Source of the DNA: Acidobacteriota bacterium
GTDB taxonomy: Bacteria; Acidobacteriota; UBA6911; RPQK01; JAJDTT01
Direction: 5' to 3'
DNA length: 64,000 nucleotides
NCBI GenBank assembly: GCA_965209055.1
Contig: OZ242374.1
Span: forward strand, 5,888,001 to 5,952,000
A model generated the notes under the pieces. That model saw only the letters and a list, made by a program, of their open reading frames with translations. It did not search any database and was not told where the DNA came from. Positions 45,087-54,210 of this stretch are shown here, piece by piece (the first letter of the stretch is position 1; each line of letters starts with the position of its first letter). A program made the position numbers and the translations under genes.

Positions 45087-46898
45087 CTATGCCGGGACCG
45101 GGGGGACCAGATCCAGATCCCGGACCCATTGATCCATGGCCTTGCGGCAGGCCTCTCGATCGTCGGGCAGCGACAGAGGGCGGCCTCTGGCGTCCAGCAG
45201 GACTCCCACCGTCCCACCCCTGAGCTCACCCTCCACGGGCCGGCCGGGACCCGCCCCCGCGTCCACCTTCCGCGCCGGCTCCACCACGATTCGGGCGCCG
45301 GCTCCCAGACCCAACGGCAGCCTCCTGACTTCGCCGAAGGAGAGGACGCCCTCCTCCTCCAGACCGCCGGAGATGGCGTATCGGAACGCCGGGCTGCCCC
45401 AGGCGCCGGTTCCCCTGGGGGACACGCAGGTTCCCAGGGAGATGAGGCAATCCCTCTGGAACACCTGGAGCGCCGCCTCCGGATGGACCTGGGCCAGCAC
45501 GCCCAGGTGGGGCATCATGAAGATGCTGTCCTTGGCCAGCCAGGTGATCCCCTCGGGCTGAAAGGCGTCCACCAGGAGCGCCGCCGTCTGCTGCATCAGC
45601 GGAGCGTGGGAGAGGACTCCGCCCGAACCCACCAACAGATCCAGCTTCATATTGTCCACCAGGGTCTGGCCGCTGGCCTCCTGGCTGAAGGTGTCTCCCA
45701 CGGTCCTCTGCTGCTGCACCCCCTTGAGCGTGGTGGCGAACTGCTTGTGCTGGTCGTAGGCCAGGCGCAACGCCTCGCGGGCCACGGCCTGCTCGAAGAA
45801 GAGGGATTCCCGGGTCTGGGGAATCGTGGTGGGCCGGATCATCTTGTTCTTGACGTGGTTTCGCAGTTCCCCCTCCTCCATTTCCAAGTGGACCCAACGA
45901 AGGATGGAAGGCAGCGTCGCCTCGGCGCACACGTTGGAGATGGAGTAGCTCATTCCCAGGTTGGCGCTCACGGTCCGGTTGAAGGTGCCGTCGAAGACGC
46001 TGAAGACATCGGTGGTCGCTCCGCCGATGTCCACGCCCACCACGTTGATCCGCTGCTGTTCGGCAATCCTCTGGAGGATGTTTCCCACCGCGCCCGGCGT
46101 GGGCATGATGGGGGCGTCGGTCCAACGGATCAGGCGGTCGTACCCGGGGGCATGGGCCATGACGTGTTCCAGAAACAGGTCATGGATCCTGTCCCGGGCC
46201 GGTCCCAGATTCTCCCGTTCCAGGACCGGACGCAGGTTGGGAACGATGGAGAGCTGGACCGATTCGTCGAAGGTCTGCTCCACCAGCGGCGCCGCGTCCT
46301 GGTTCCCCGCGAAGATCACCGGCATCCGGTACTCGGCGCCGAAACGGGGCTGGGGCCGGGCCGGCGCGATGAGCTCGGCCATCTGCACGACGTGGCGGGT
46401 GGTTCCGCCGTCGGTTCCGCCCGAGATCAGCACCATGTCGGGCCGCAGCTCCCGGATCCGGTGGATCTGCTCGTGGGGAAGGCGGCGGTCATTGGAGGCC
46501 AGAACGTCCATGACGATGGCGCCGGCCCCCAGGGCCGCCCGCTTGGCGCTGGCGGCGGTCATCTCCCGGACCACGCCGGCCACCATCATCTGGAGGCCGC
46601 CGCCGGCGCTGGAAGTGGAGATGTAGAGGTCGCATCCTTCGCCGCCGGTCGCCGGCCTCAGGATCCGGCCCGCATCGTCGATGAGACGGCGCCCGGCCAT
46701 TTCGGCCACTTCGGCGACGGCGTTGACGACCCCCAGGGTGACGTCGGCCGCCGGTTCCTCCACGGTCGTGGGAGCCTCGCCCCGGTGGGTCTGCCGGTAC
46801 TCTCCGTCGACCTTCTGGATGAGGATGGCTTTGGTGGTGGTGCTCCCGCAGTCGGTGGCCAGGATCACGTTGACGGAGTCGGGATCGATCTGCTTCAT
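45087..46898 (-). CDS. GlmL/MutL (glutamate-mutase accessory)-like ASKHA actin-fold ATPase (operon gene 2)
   Basis: DCGSTTTK, SSAGGGL, GGTDGG, MPTPGAV, DIGGATTDVFS, RTVSANLGM and GSGGVL; start 46898 from the ATGA overlap. Confidence 0.88.
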   Translation of the reverse strand: MKQIDPDSVNVILATDCGSTTTKAILIQKVDGEYRQTHRGEAPTTVEEPAADVTLGVVNAVAEVAEMAGRRLIDDAGRILRPATGGEGCDLYISTSSAGGGLQMMVAGVVREMTAASAKRAALGAGAIVMDVLASNDRRLPHEQIHRIRELRPDMVLISGGTDGGTTRHVVQMAELIAPARPQPRFGAEYRMPVIFAGNQDAAPLVEQTFDESVQLSIVPNLRPVLERENLGPARDRIHDLFLEHVMAHAPGYDRLIRWTDAPIMPTPGAVGNILQRIAEQQRINVVGVDIGGATTDVFSVFDGTFNRTVSANLGMSYSISNVCAEATLPSILRWVHLEMEEGELRNHVKNKMIRPTTIPQTRESLFFEQAVAREALRLAYDQHKQFATTLKGVQQQRTVGDTFSQEASGQTLVDNMKLDLLVGSGGVLSHAPLMQQTAALLVDAFQPEGITWLAKDSIFMMPHLGVLAQVHPEAALQVFQRDCLISLGTCVSPRGTGAWGSPAFRYAISGGLEEEGVLSFGEVRRLPLGLGAGARIVVEPARKVDAGAGPGRPVEGELRGGTVGVLLDARGRPLSLPDDREACRKAMDQWVRDLDLVPPVPA

Positions 46899-47236
46899 TT
46901 GCCAGCCGAGTCGAGTTCTTCGATCCGGCGACAAAGATAGTCCACCGAGCCCCGATGCTCAAGAAAGGCGGCCAGGTGCCGGTGCCCGTGGGACTGGGTG
47001 AGCCCCGAGAGCACGGGCGAAAGGAAATGCAAGAGCTGGGAACCCAGGAAGTTGAGGGGCCGGGACATTTCAAGAAACATGAGAGCCGGCGTCGCCAGCC
47101 GGCGCCGCACCAGCTCCCGGCAGATCCCGTCGGCCACCTGGCGCTGCTCGTCCGTGGGTTGGAATTCGGTTGGCGTATCTACGGCAAAGGCGTGCCGCCA
47201 ACCCTTTCGCGGCCTTCCCTCTTCTTTTTTCGCCAA
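46895..47236 (-). CDS. Small helical hypothetical protein (operon gene 1)
   Basis: TPALMFLEMSRPLNFLGSQ; TTG start with GGGAG RBS; stop overlaps the ATPase start. Confidence 0.75.
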   Translation of the reverse strand: MAKKEEGRPRKGWRHAFAVDTPTEFQPTDEQRQVADGICRELVRRRLATPALMFLEMSRPLNFLGSQLLHFLSPVLSGLTQSHGHRHLAAFLEHRGSVDYLCRRIEELDSAGK

Positions 47237-47252
47237 TCTGAGACTCCCAGGA

Positions 47253-47258
47253 ATTATA
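47253..47258 (-). promoter_or_regulatory. Putative -10 box (TATAAT) of the GlmL-like operon
   Basis: Perfect TATAAT just upstream of the RBS in a divergent intergenic region; no clear -35. Confidence 0.45.
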
Positions 47259-47396
47259 ACCCGAATTTCCTGGAACTTGAGAATCGCATCCAGGCTCACC
47301 ATGCTTTACACTGCGAGAGCAGCTGCTACCCTACACCGGTTGATCAGAGGGTGAGGACGCCGGGAGCAGGCTCCCATACTCGCAAGGAGAAACGAT

Positions 47397-48341
47397 ATGA
47401 AACTAGCCACGTGCAGCCTGGAGGACCGGTCCTTCGTCGCCGTAGCCACGGACGACGGACGGGTCGTGGATCTCGCTGCCGCCGACGCCGAGCTGGCCCG
47501 CAAGGAGGAGCGGCCTCCCCACGCGTTCTTCCGCGACATGATCGACTTTCTGGAACATGGGACCCAGGCCCGGGAGGCTGCCGACAAGGCCGTCCGGGAA
47601 GGCCTGGACGGATCCGCTGCGCACCCCCTTTCCGGCGTGCGCCTGCGGGCTCCGGTGCCGGTTCCCCGGAAGCTCTTCTGCCTCGCCGGCAACTTCCAGG
47701 ACCACATCGAGGAAGGCGGCGGGAAGATGGACTCCCAGGACAAGGAGACCCCGCGCTTCTTCATGAAGCCCGCCAGCACCTGCGTGATCGGTCCTGAGGA
47801 CAGCATCCGGATTCCACCCGTGGCCCGGGCCATGGACTGGGAGGGAGAGCTGGCCGTGGTTCTGGGCCGGCGGTGCAAAAGGGTCTCCCGGGACCAGGCT
47901 CTCGACTACGTCGCCGGATACACCATCATGAATGACGTGTCGGAGCGGAAGCTCAAGATCTGGCCCCGAAGTGAGGACCGCCCCCAGGACAGGTGGTTCG
48001 ATTGGCTCAACGGGAAGTGGCTGGATTCCGCGGCACCCATGGGACCCTGGATCGTCACCACCGACGAGATCCGGGACCCCCAGACCCTGATGATCAGCAC
48101 CTACGTCAACGGAGACAGAAAGCAGCACAACAGCACCAGCCAGATGCTGATTTCCGTGGCCGCGCTCATCGAGTACATCTCGGCCATCGTCATGCTGGAG
48201 CCGGGAGACGTGATCAGCACCGGCACCGTCTCCGGCGTCGGAAACGTCACCGGGGAGTACCTCAAACCGGGAGACCGGGTGGAGGTGGACATCTCGAGAA
48301 TCGGCCTGTTGTCAAACCCGGTCGCCGCCAGTTCCAGCTGA
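47397..48341 (+). CDS. Fumarylacetoacetate hydrolase family protein
   Basis: LAGNFQDH, DWEGELAVV, GYTIMNDVSER, PMGPWIVT and LEPGDVISTGT. Confidence 0.93.
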   Translation: MKLATCSLEDRSFVAVATDDGRVVDLAAADAELARKEERPPHAFFRDMIDFLEHGTQAREAADKAVREGLDGSAAHPLSGVRLRAPVPVPRKLFCLAGNFQDHIEEGGGKMDSQDKETPRFFMKPASTCVIGPEDSIRIPPVARAMDWEGELAVVLGRRCKRVSRDQALDYVAGYTIMNDVSERKLKIWPRSEDRPQDRWFDWLNGKWLDSAAPMGPWIVTTDEIRDPQTLMISTYVNGDRKQHNSTSQMLISVAALIEYISAIVMLEPGDVISTGTVSGVGNVTGEYLKPGDRVEVDISRIGLLSNPVAASSS

Positions 48342-48396
48342 CCGTCCGCCGACCAACCGTTTTTCAATCCTGATTCGCAATGAGGTAAGGCTACTC

Positions 48397-48906
48397 ATGG
48401 CTCGATACATCGAAATCACTCTCAAAAAGCGCGGGATCAGTTGCGTCGCCCTTCTGTTGGACGAGAAGGCGCCCCGGACCTGCGAGGCGGTCTGGAATGC
48501 CCTCCCCCAGGAGGGAGAGGTGTACCACGCCAAGTACGCCAGCAACGAGATCTACATCCTGGTCCCCGGCTTCGCTCCCGAAGAGCCGGGACCCGAGAAC
48601 TGCTCGATGGTTCCGGCGGCGGGAGATGTCATGTATTTCACGCTGGGGCCCGGCCTCCAACTGCCGGTCCGGTCCGATTCGGAGGCTCCGGTCATCGACC
48701 TGGCCGTGTTCTACGACCGGGACAATCTGCTCCTCTCGCCCAAAATGGGGCCGACGCCCGGAAACGTCTTCGCCACCATCATCAAGAACCGGGACGGCAT
48801 ACGCGACGGGGGCAACAGCGTTTGGCGCGAAGGGGCGGTGGGAGAAACGCTCTCCTACAGCCGCCTCGAGGGAGACGCGTTGCGGGCCTGGGGCATCGAG
48901 CCGTAG
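48397..48906 (+). CDS. DUF3830-like (cyclophilin-fold) protein
   Basis: APRTCEAVWNALP, HAKYASNE, GPENCSMVPAAGDV and GNVFATI. Confidence 0.75.
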   Translation: MARYIEITLKKRGISCVALLLDEKAPRTCEAVWNALPQEGEVYHAKYASNEIYILVPGFAPEEPGPENCSMVPAAGDVMYFTLGPGLQLPVRSDSEAPVIDLAVFYDRDNLLLSPKMGPTPGNVFATIIKNRDGIRDGGNSVWREGAVGETLSYSRLEGDALRAWGIEP

Positions 48907-48946
48907 CCGGCGGAATTCAGAATCGCATCGGCCGGGCCGTCCGGCC

Positions 48947-49912
48947 TCAGACGTGGATTCCGGGCCAGGCCTGTCGAATCCGCTCTTCCAGAATCGACTC
49001 CGGCGCCGGGTTTTCCAGCCGCAGCCGGTCCGTCGCATCCTTGTCCAGAGCGTCCCGGGGAGCCAGGCCCACGATCTCCGAGGAGGAGACCCGGGTGCCC
49101 ATCGCGCGGGCAAGCCGGTCCGTAGCCTCGAAGAGCCGGACCAGCGAAGTCCTGCGGTAGTCGGTGAGATTGGTGCTGACCTGCGCCCGGTTCCGGCTCC
49201 CGATCCACAACCCCAGCGCCCTGACGCCGGGTAGCCCTCCGTCCCGTTCCCGGATCCGGGCAGCCACTTCGCGGGCCGCGGCCGGATCCGGATCTTCGAG
49301 GTACATGTTGTAGGCGATCAGGTAGTCCCGCGCTCCGACGCAGGTGACACCGGCCGTGGGATGGGCGCGCGGCGGGCCGAAGTCGGGCGTCCAGTCCGGG
49401 TCCCTGGCCATGCGCCGGCGCAGGGCCTCCAGTCCTCCCCGCCGCAACTCCGCCAGGGATCTTAGCGGCCGGCGGGTCGCCGCCCGCTCATAGAGATAGA
49501 CCGGGAGTTGGATCTCTTCCGCCAAGGCCCTTCCCAGGCGGCGGGCGCTCCGGATGCAGTCGGACATGGAGACTCCGCGGATGGGAACGAACGGAATGAC
49601 GTCCACGGCGCCGATCCGGGGATGGACGCCCTGATGGCGGGAAAGGTCCAGGAGGCCGACGGCCCGGCGGCACAATGCGGCCGCGGCCTGTTCAAGGCCC
49701 GGAAGGGAGCCTGCCAAGGTGAAGACGGTCCGATGGTGGTCGACGTCGGCGTCCCAGTGGAGCAGAGCGGCGCCGGGCGGCGCCGCCGCGGTCCGGGCCA
49801 GTTCGCGGAGGCAGGTCTGGTCGCGGCCCTCGCTGACGTTGATGACGCACTCGGCTAGTGGCGGCGATTCCGGTCCGGTGCGGTGGACCTGTTTTCGCAT
49901 ACGTTCCGACAT
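48947..49912 (-). CDS. ftcD: Glutamate formiminotransferase (FtcD N-terminal domain)
   Basis: ECVINVSEGRD, DVDHHRTVFT, HQGVHPRIGAVDVIPF, PDFGP, GARDYLIAYN and QVSTNL; exact start uncertain (49912 or 49900). Confidence 0.9.
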   Translation of the reverse strand: MSERMRKQVHRTGPESPPLAECVINVSEGRDQTCLRELARTAAAPPGAALLHWDADVDHHRTVFTLAGSLPGLEQAAAALCRRAVGLLDLSRHQGVHPRIGAVDVIPFVPIRGVSMSDCIRSARRLGRALAEEIQLPVYLYERAATRRPLRSLAELRRGGLEALRRRMARDPDWTPDFGPPRAHPTAGVTCVGARDYLIAYNMYLEDPDPAAAREVAARIRERDGGLPGVRALGLWIGSRNRAQVSTNLTDYRRTSLVRLFEATDRLARAMGTRVSSSEIVGLAPRDALDKDATDRLRLENPAPESILEERIRQAWPGIHV

Positions 49913-49971
49913 ACTGCCGGCCAGTCTAGTTCCAGGCCGGGGCGATTCTCCAGGAGAGGAGGTTGGAGGAT

Positions 49972-50083
49972 GTGTAAAGGGAGGACTGGCGTTCCCGCTA
50001 ATTTTCCTCATCGGCGACAAGGATGTCGCCGCTCCCGGCGACAAGGATGCCACCGCTCCCGGCGACCGGGATGTTGCCGGTCC
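49972..50083. repeat. REP-like composite element, copy 2 (leader plus three tandem ~24-bp hairpin units)
   Basis: GTGTAAAGG leader; units at 50013, 50037 and 50061, e.g. GGCGACA-agga-TGTCGCC-GCTCCC. Confidence 0.78.
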
Positions 50084-50921
50084 ATTCGCTGCTCCGTTGG
50101 ACTACGCGGGCTACTGTGAGGATCAGGATCCGGCCCGCCTTGCCGTCCCGCTTGAGGACCTTGCAAATCTCGCGGACGGTGGCGCCCGTGGTGAGTATGT
50201 CGTCCACCAGGACGAGATCCTCACCCCTGAGTCGCCGCGCCTGCCGGAGGCGGAAGGCGTTGCGGACATTTCTCCTTCGAGCCACCAGGTCGAGTCCGGA
50301 CTGGGGCAGCGTCGGACGCGACCGGCGGAGGCCCGGGAACACCGGCAGGTCCAGTCTTCGAGCCAGGGTTCGAGTCAGCAGGAGTGTCTGGTCGAATCCC
50401 CGTTTTCTCCGGCGCCGCGGATGGGAAGGGACCGGCACCAGGCAGGAAGGAGAGAAGGGATCGGGCCGTGCCCGGTAGGCTTTCTCGAGCAGGGAAGACA
50501 GAGGATGCGCCAATCGGCGGTGGCCGGAGAACTTGAAGCGATGGATCAGTTTTCTCAGGGTTCCGGCGTACGGTCCCCAGGCCCGGGTCGAGTGATGGAA
50601 GGTTCGCTGCTCCCGGCAGTTCGCGCAGGGTCTTGGAGTCCCGGGATCAGTTTCCGGATTCGGAATCGGCAATTCCCCGGTGGGTGCAGGCAAGCCGCAT
50701 ATCGGACAGAGGCTGCGCCGGAACCGGGGCACTCGCAGAAAGCATTCGGCACAAAGGGGGCTGGCGTCCCAATTGGCGACCCAGCGGCTGCATAGGACAC
50801 AGCTTTGGGGGAAAAAGAGGACCTGGAGGACTTGGAGGAACGGCGCGCACCAAGTCCGCCGGGACGGCCCCGGCACCGTGGCCCCTGCGTCGCCGGATCT
50901 GGTTTCCGGACTGGAAGACAC
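49998..50921 (-). CDS. comF: ComF family phosphoribosyltransferase-like protein with double zinc ribbon
   Basis: CVLC, CAEC, CPIC and CANC; VPVPSH, RGFDQ and LVDDILTTGAT; start uncertain. Confidence 0.88.
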   Translation of the reverse strand: MSSSPETRSGDAGATVPGPSRRTWCAPFLQVLQVLFFPQSCVLCSRWVANWDASPLCAECFLRVPRFRRSLCPICGLPAPTGELPIPNPETDPGTPRPCANCREQRTFHHSTRAWGPYAGTLRKLIHRFKFSGHRRLAHPLSSLLEKAYRARPDPFSPSCLVPVPSHPRRRRKRGFDQTLLLTRTLARRLDLPVFPGLRRSRPTLPQSGLDLVARRRNVRNAFRLRQARRLRGEDLVLVDDILTTGATVREICKVLKRDGKAGRILILTVARVVQRSSEWTGNIPVAGSGGILVAGSGDILVADEEN

Positions 50922-50984
50922 ACCAATCCGAACGTCTGACCCGGAAAACCTGCGACGAGAGTTGGGAATCCCCCAGGAGGTCTG

Positions 50985-51344
50985 TCAGAAGAGTCGACCG
51001 GACTCCTTGAGTTCCTGACAGCGGACGCAGAGAAGCGCCCAGGGCACAGCCTCCAGCCGCCGGCGCCCCACGGTTTCGCCACAGTGGGTGCACTCACCAT
51101 AAGAGCCGTCCTGGATTCGATCCAGGGCCTCCTCAACCAGGATGATCACTTGCCGTTCCAGGTTGCTGAGGCTGAACATGAACTCCTTGGTGTAGGACTT
51201 GGTGGCTCGATCCGCCATGTCCATGGCCTCGGCTTCGCTGTCCATCTCCCGGCCGTAACTCTCGGTCTTGTGGACGACGTCGATGAGTTCGGTCTTTTTT
51301 TCCAGGAGCTGATTCTTGAAGTAGTCCAGGTCGCTATGTGTCAT
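50985..51344 (-). CDS. dksA: DksA/TraR C4 zinc-finger protein
   Basis: DMADRA, GSYGECTHCGE and RLEAVPWALLCVRCQE. Confidence 0.88.
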   Translation of the reverse strand: MTHSDLDYFKNQLLEKKTELIDVVHKTESYGREMDSEAEAMDMADRATKSYTKEFMFSLSNLERQVIILVEEALDRIQDGSYGECTHCGETVGRRRLEAVPWALLCVRCQELKESGRLF

Positions 51345-51454
51345 GCCCTACCTCCACTACTTTGTGTATCTCAATATACGACAGGCTCCGAAAAAGGTTC
51401 ATGTTCCGGCATGGTGGTTGCGGCCGGGCGCTGAGAACGCCCGAAATCCGGGGA

Positions 51455-51811
51455 TCAGGACTGCGGAGTGGGCGCCAGCAGCCGGCCGTCGCTCCACAGT
51501 TTCTCCAATTGGTAGAAGGCTCGCGCACGCAGCGAAAAGATGTGCACCACAAAGTCCAGATAGTCCAGGAGAATCCACTCGCCTCCTTCGTACCCCTCGA
51601 TATGAGTGGGCCTGACCTTCTCCTGGTTCCGCAGGCGATGCCGGATCTCGTCGCAGATCGCCTGAGTCTGTCGCTGGTTGTTCCCCTGGCAGATGACGAA
51701 GAAGTCGGTGAAGGACGAGATCTCGGAGATGTCCACGACCCGGACGTCCTCTCCCTTCTTTTCTTGAATCGACTCACAGACCAGGGTCAGCAATTCTCTT
51801 GTTGTCTTCAT
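51455..51811 (-). CDS. rsfS: Ribosome silencing factor RsfS (Iojap)
   Basis: EKKGEDV, DFFVIC, WILLDYLDFVVHIF and FYQLEKLW. Confidence 0.95.
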   Translation of the reverse strand: MKTTRELLTLVCESIQEKKGEDVRVVDISEISSFTDFFVICQGNNQRQTQAICDEIRHRLRNQEKVRPTHIEGYEGGEWILLDYLDFVVHIFSLRARAFYQLEKLWSDGRLLAPTPQS

Positions 51812-52436
51812 AGAGGTGGTACTTCCGAATGTACTGCAAAACCTTGGGAGAAACCTGCTGGGACAGCAGGCGGCCCCGTCCGGCGAGGCTCTCCCGGACT
51901 TGGCTCGAACTGAGATCGTCAGCCCCGACGTCCAACAGGAAGGAGTGCCCTGGCCGGATCTCCGGACTTGTGGAACTCCTTGCCGTGACCTCCTCCAGGT
52001 GGATTTCCGGAAAGTCGGCGGTTTCGACCCGTGCTCCCACTCGCTGCACGAAGACACAGCAATTGTCCCGGAGAAGGATGTCGTGTTCCTTCCAGATGTG
52101 GATGTCCTTCAACGAATCGGTTCCACCGATGAAGCAAAACCGGTGGCGAGGGTAGCTCTCGCGCAAGAGCGCCATGGTCTGGACGGTGTAGCTGGGCCCG
52201 CGGCGCCGGAGCTCGAAGTCGGAAGCGTACAGATGGGGTTCCTCCAGGGTCTCCAGCGCGACCATGGCATGGCGGTGATGCTGAGCGGCCAGGCCGTTCC
52301 GCCGCTTGTGGGGAGGCAGGCGGGACACCATCAGCAGGACCCGGTCCAGCGAAAGCGCACGCCGGACCCGGTTGGCGATAGTCGTATGTGTTCGGTGAAC
52401 CGGGTCGAACGTGCCCCCGTAGATACCGACCCTCAA
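51774..52436 (-). CDS. nadD: Nicotinate-nucleotide adenylyltransferase
   Basis: GIYGGTFDPVHRTH, PPHK, SYTVQT, SSSQVR and YIRKYHLY. Confidence 0.93.
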   Translation of the reverse strand: MRVGIYGGTFDPVHRTHTTIANRVRRALSLDRVLLMVSRLPPHKRRNGLAAQHHRHAMVALETLEEPHLYASDFELRRRGPSYTVQTMALLRESYPRHRFCFIGGTDSLKDIHIWKEHDILLRDNCCVFVQRVGARVETADFPEIHLEEVTARSSTSPEIRPGHSFLLDVGADDLSSSQVRESLAGRGRLLSQQVSPKVLQYIRKYHLYEDNKRIADPGL

Positions 52437-53434
52437 CCCTTGACGACTCCCAAATGCTCTGCCAACAACCGCTTCAATTCCTGGATTCCGTCACCCCGGA
52501 CCGATGAGATCCGGCCAAAAGGCACACCTTCCCGGGAGCAGTGCTCCTGGAGCCTCCTCACCTTCTCCCGGTTGGCGGCATCCATCTTTGAAGCCGCCAC
52601 CACCTGTGGCTTGGCCGGCAGATCGGCTCCGTAGAGCGCCAACTCCGCTTGAATCGTCCGCACTGCGGCGACGGGATCCTCCGGACCGAAGTCGGTGACG
52701 TCCACAAGATGAAGCAGGACGCGGCAACGTTCGATGTGCCTCAGGAACTGGTCGCCGAGACCGTGACCCTCGTGGGCGCCTTTGATCAGGCCCGGGATGT
52801 CGGCGACCACGCAGGTCCGAAAATCCTCCAGTGAAACCGTTCCCAGATTGGGCGTCAGAGTGGTGAAGGGATAGTCGGCGATCTTGGGGCGAGCCGAGGA
52901 GATCACCGAAATCAGAGTCGATTTCCCGGCGTTGGGGAGTCCGATCAGCCCGACGTCGGCCAGTACCTTGAGCTCCAGCAGAAGGTGCTTCTCCTCTCCC
53001 TCCCTGCCGGGTTCCCACCTCCTGGGGGCTTGATTGGTGGAAGTGGCGAAACGCGCATTGCCCCGGCCACCCCGGCCGCCTTGGGCCACCAGCCGGCTCA
53101 GACCCGGTTCGTCCAGATCGAAAAGGAGTTCGCGCGTCGGCTCGAGATAGATCAGAGTGCCGACGGGGAGATCGATGACCAGGTCCTTGCCCTTCTTCCC
53201 ATGCCGCTGGGAGCCGGACCCGTGAGAGCCTCTGCCGGCTTTGAACTCCCGCTTGTAGCGGAACGGCAGCAGGGTGTTCAGATGGTTGGTGCTGCGGAAG
53301 TAGACGTTTCCCCCATCCCCTCCGTCGCCGCCGCTGGGGCCTCCCCGGGGAACGAACTTCTCCCGGCGGAACGCCAGGCAACCGTTTCCCCCGTCGCCGG
53401 CTTTGACGAAAACTCTGGTGTGGTCAAGAAACAT
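52433..53434 (-). CDS. obgE: GTPase ObgE/CgtA
   Basis: AGDGGNGC..FRREKFVPRGGP, GLPNAGKST, DYPFTT and DIPG. Confidence 0.98.
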   Translation of the reverse strand: MFLDHTRVFVKAGDGGNGCLAFRREKFVPRGGPSGGDGGDGGNVYFRSTNHLNTLLPFRYKREFKAGRGSHGSGSQRHGKKGKDLVIDLPVGTLIYLEPTRELLFDLDEPGLSRLVAQGGRGGRGNARFATSTNQAPRRWEPGREGEEKHLLLELKVLADVGLIGLPNAGKSTLISVISSARPKIADYPFTTLTPNLGTVSLEDFRTCVVADIPGLIKGAHEGHGLGDQFLRHIERCRVLLHLVDVTDFGPEDPVAAVRTIQAELALYGADLPAKPQVVAASKMDAANREKVRRLQEHCSREGVPFGRISSVRGDGIQELKRLLAEHLGVVKG

Positions 53435-53481
53435 GCACGCAAAGTGGAGATCCTGGGGTCCGATCTCCGGAATTCTGCGGG

Positions 53482-53733
53482 CTAGCTGAGAATGTGGACG
53501 AACCGCCCCAAACGTCCCCGGCGCTGAAACCGGACTTTCCCCGTAGTGAGGGCGAAAAGGGTGTCATCGCGGCCCCGGCCCACATTGTTCCCGGGCTTGA
53601 TGGGCGTCCCTCTCTGGCGGACCAGAATCGAGCCGGCCGTTACCAACTGGCCGTCGAATCGCTTGACTCCGAGACGCTTGGAATGGCTGTCCCGGCCGTT
53701 TCGAGAGCTGCCCAAACCCTTCTTGTGTGCCAT
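53482..53733 (-). CDS. rpmA: 50S ribosomal protein L27
   Basis: [16 protein letters not shown]. Confidence 0.99.
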   Translation of the reverse strand: MAHKKGLGSSRNGRDSHSKRLGVKRFDGQLVTAGSILVRQRGTPIKPGNNVGRGRDDTLFALTTGKVRFQRRGRLGRFVHILS

Positions 53734-53738
53734 GGCAT

Positions 53739-54074
53739 CTACTCCTGGTCCGTGCCCTCTCCCGCGATCCGAATCGGCCCGATCTCCACTTCGGTGAAGC
53801 GCTGGCGATGACCTTGCTTGCGTCGATACATCTTGCGGCGTTTGAACTTGAAGACCGTGATCTTACGGTCCTTGCCCTGCTCGACGATGGTCCCGGTGAC
53901 GCGGACGTCATTCAGAGACGGGGCGCCGACCTGGATTGAATCGGGATGGCCGACCAACAACACGTCCTCCAGACTGACCTCATCGCCCACTTTTCCGGCG
54001 ATGCGCTCCAGCCGGACCCGGTCCCCTTCGGCGACTCGATATTGTTTCCCGCCGTTGCGAATGATTGCGTACAA
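53739..54074 (-). CDS. rplU: 50S ribosomal protein L21
   Basis: [13 protein letters not shown] and GHRQRFT. Confidence 0.98.
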   Translation of the reverse strand: MYAIIRNGGKQYRVAEGDRVRLERIAGKVGDEVSLEDVLLVGHPDSIQVGAPSLNDVRVTGTIVEQGKDRKITVFKFKRRKMYRRKQGHRQRFTEVEIGPIRIAGEGTDQE

Positions 54075-54111
54075 ACCGATTCTCCCGAATCCACGTTTTC
54101 AGAAGGTGCAT

Positions 54112-54140
54112 AGTATATTTGCGAACCCCGATCCTGTCAA
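54112..54140 (-). promoter_or_regulatory. Sigma70-type promoter of the rplU-rpmA-obgE operon
   Basis: TTGACA (54140-54135), 17-nt spacer, TATACT (54117-54112). Confidence 0.85.
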
Positions 54141-54210
54141 AAATCCAGCCCCCGCGGGGTGCCCCGCCGGCAGCGGCCGGTGGCGGTTTTTCACGCCCGT
54201 GTCACGTGGA

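Noticed and set aside
45087-46898. Calling this DNA-mismatch-repair MutL or evidence of a glutamate mutase pathway
   Set aside because: The motifs are ASKHA/actin-fold rather than GHKL, and no glmS/glmE or B12-binding subunit is in the window.
50013-50083. Mini CRISPR array
   Set aside because: The units abut with no spacers, are degenerate and have no cas genes nearby; a REP-like tandem fits better.
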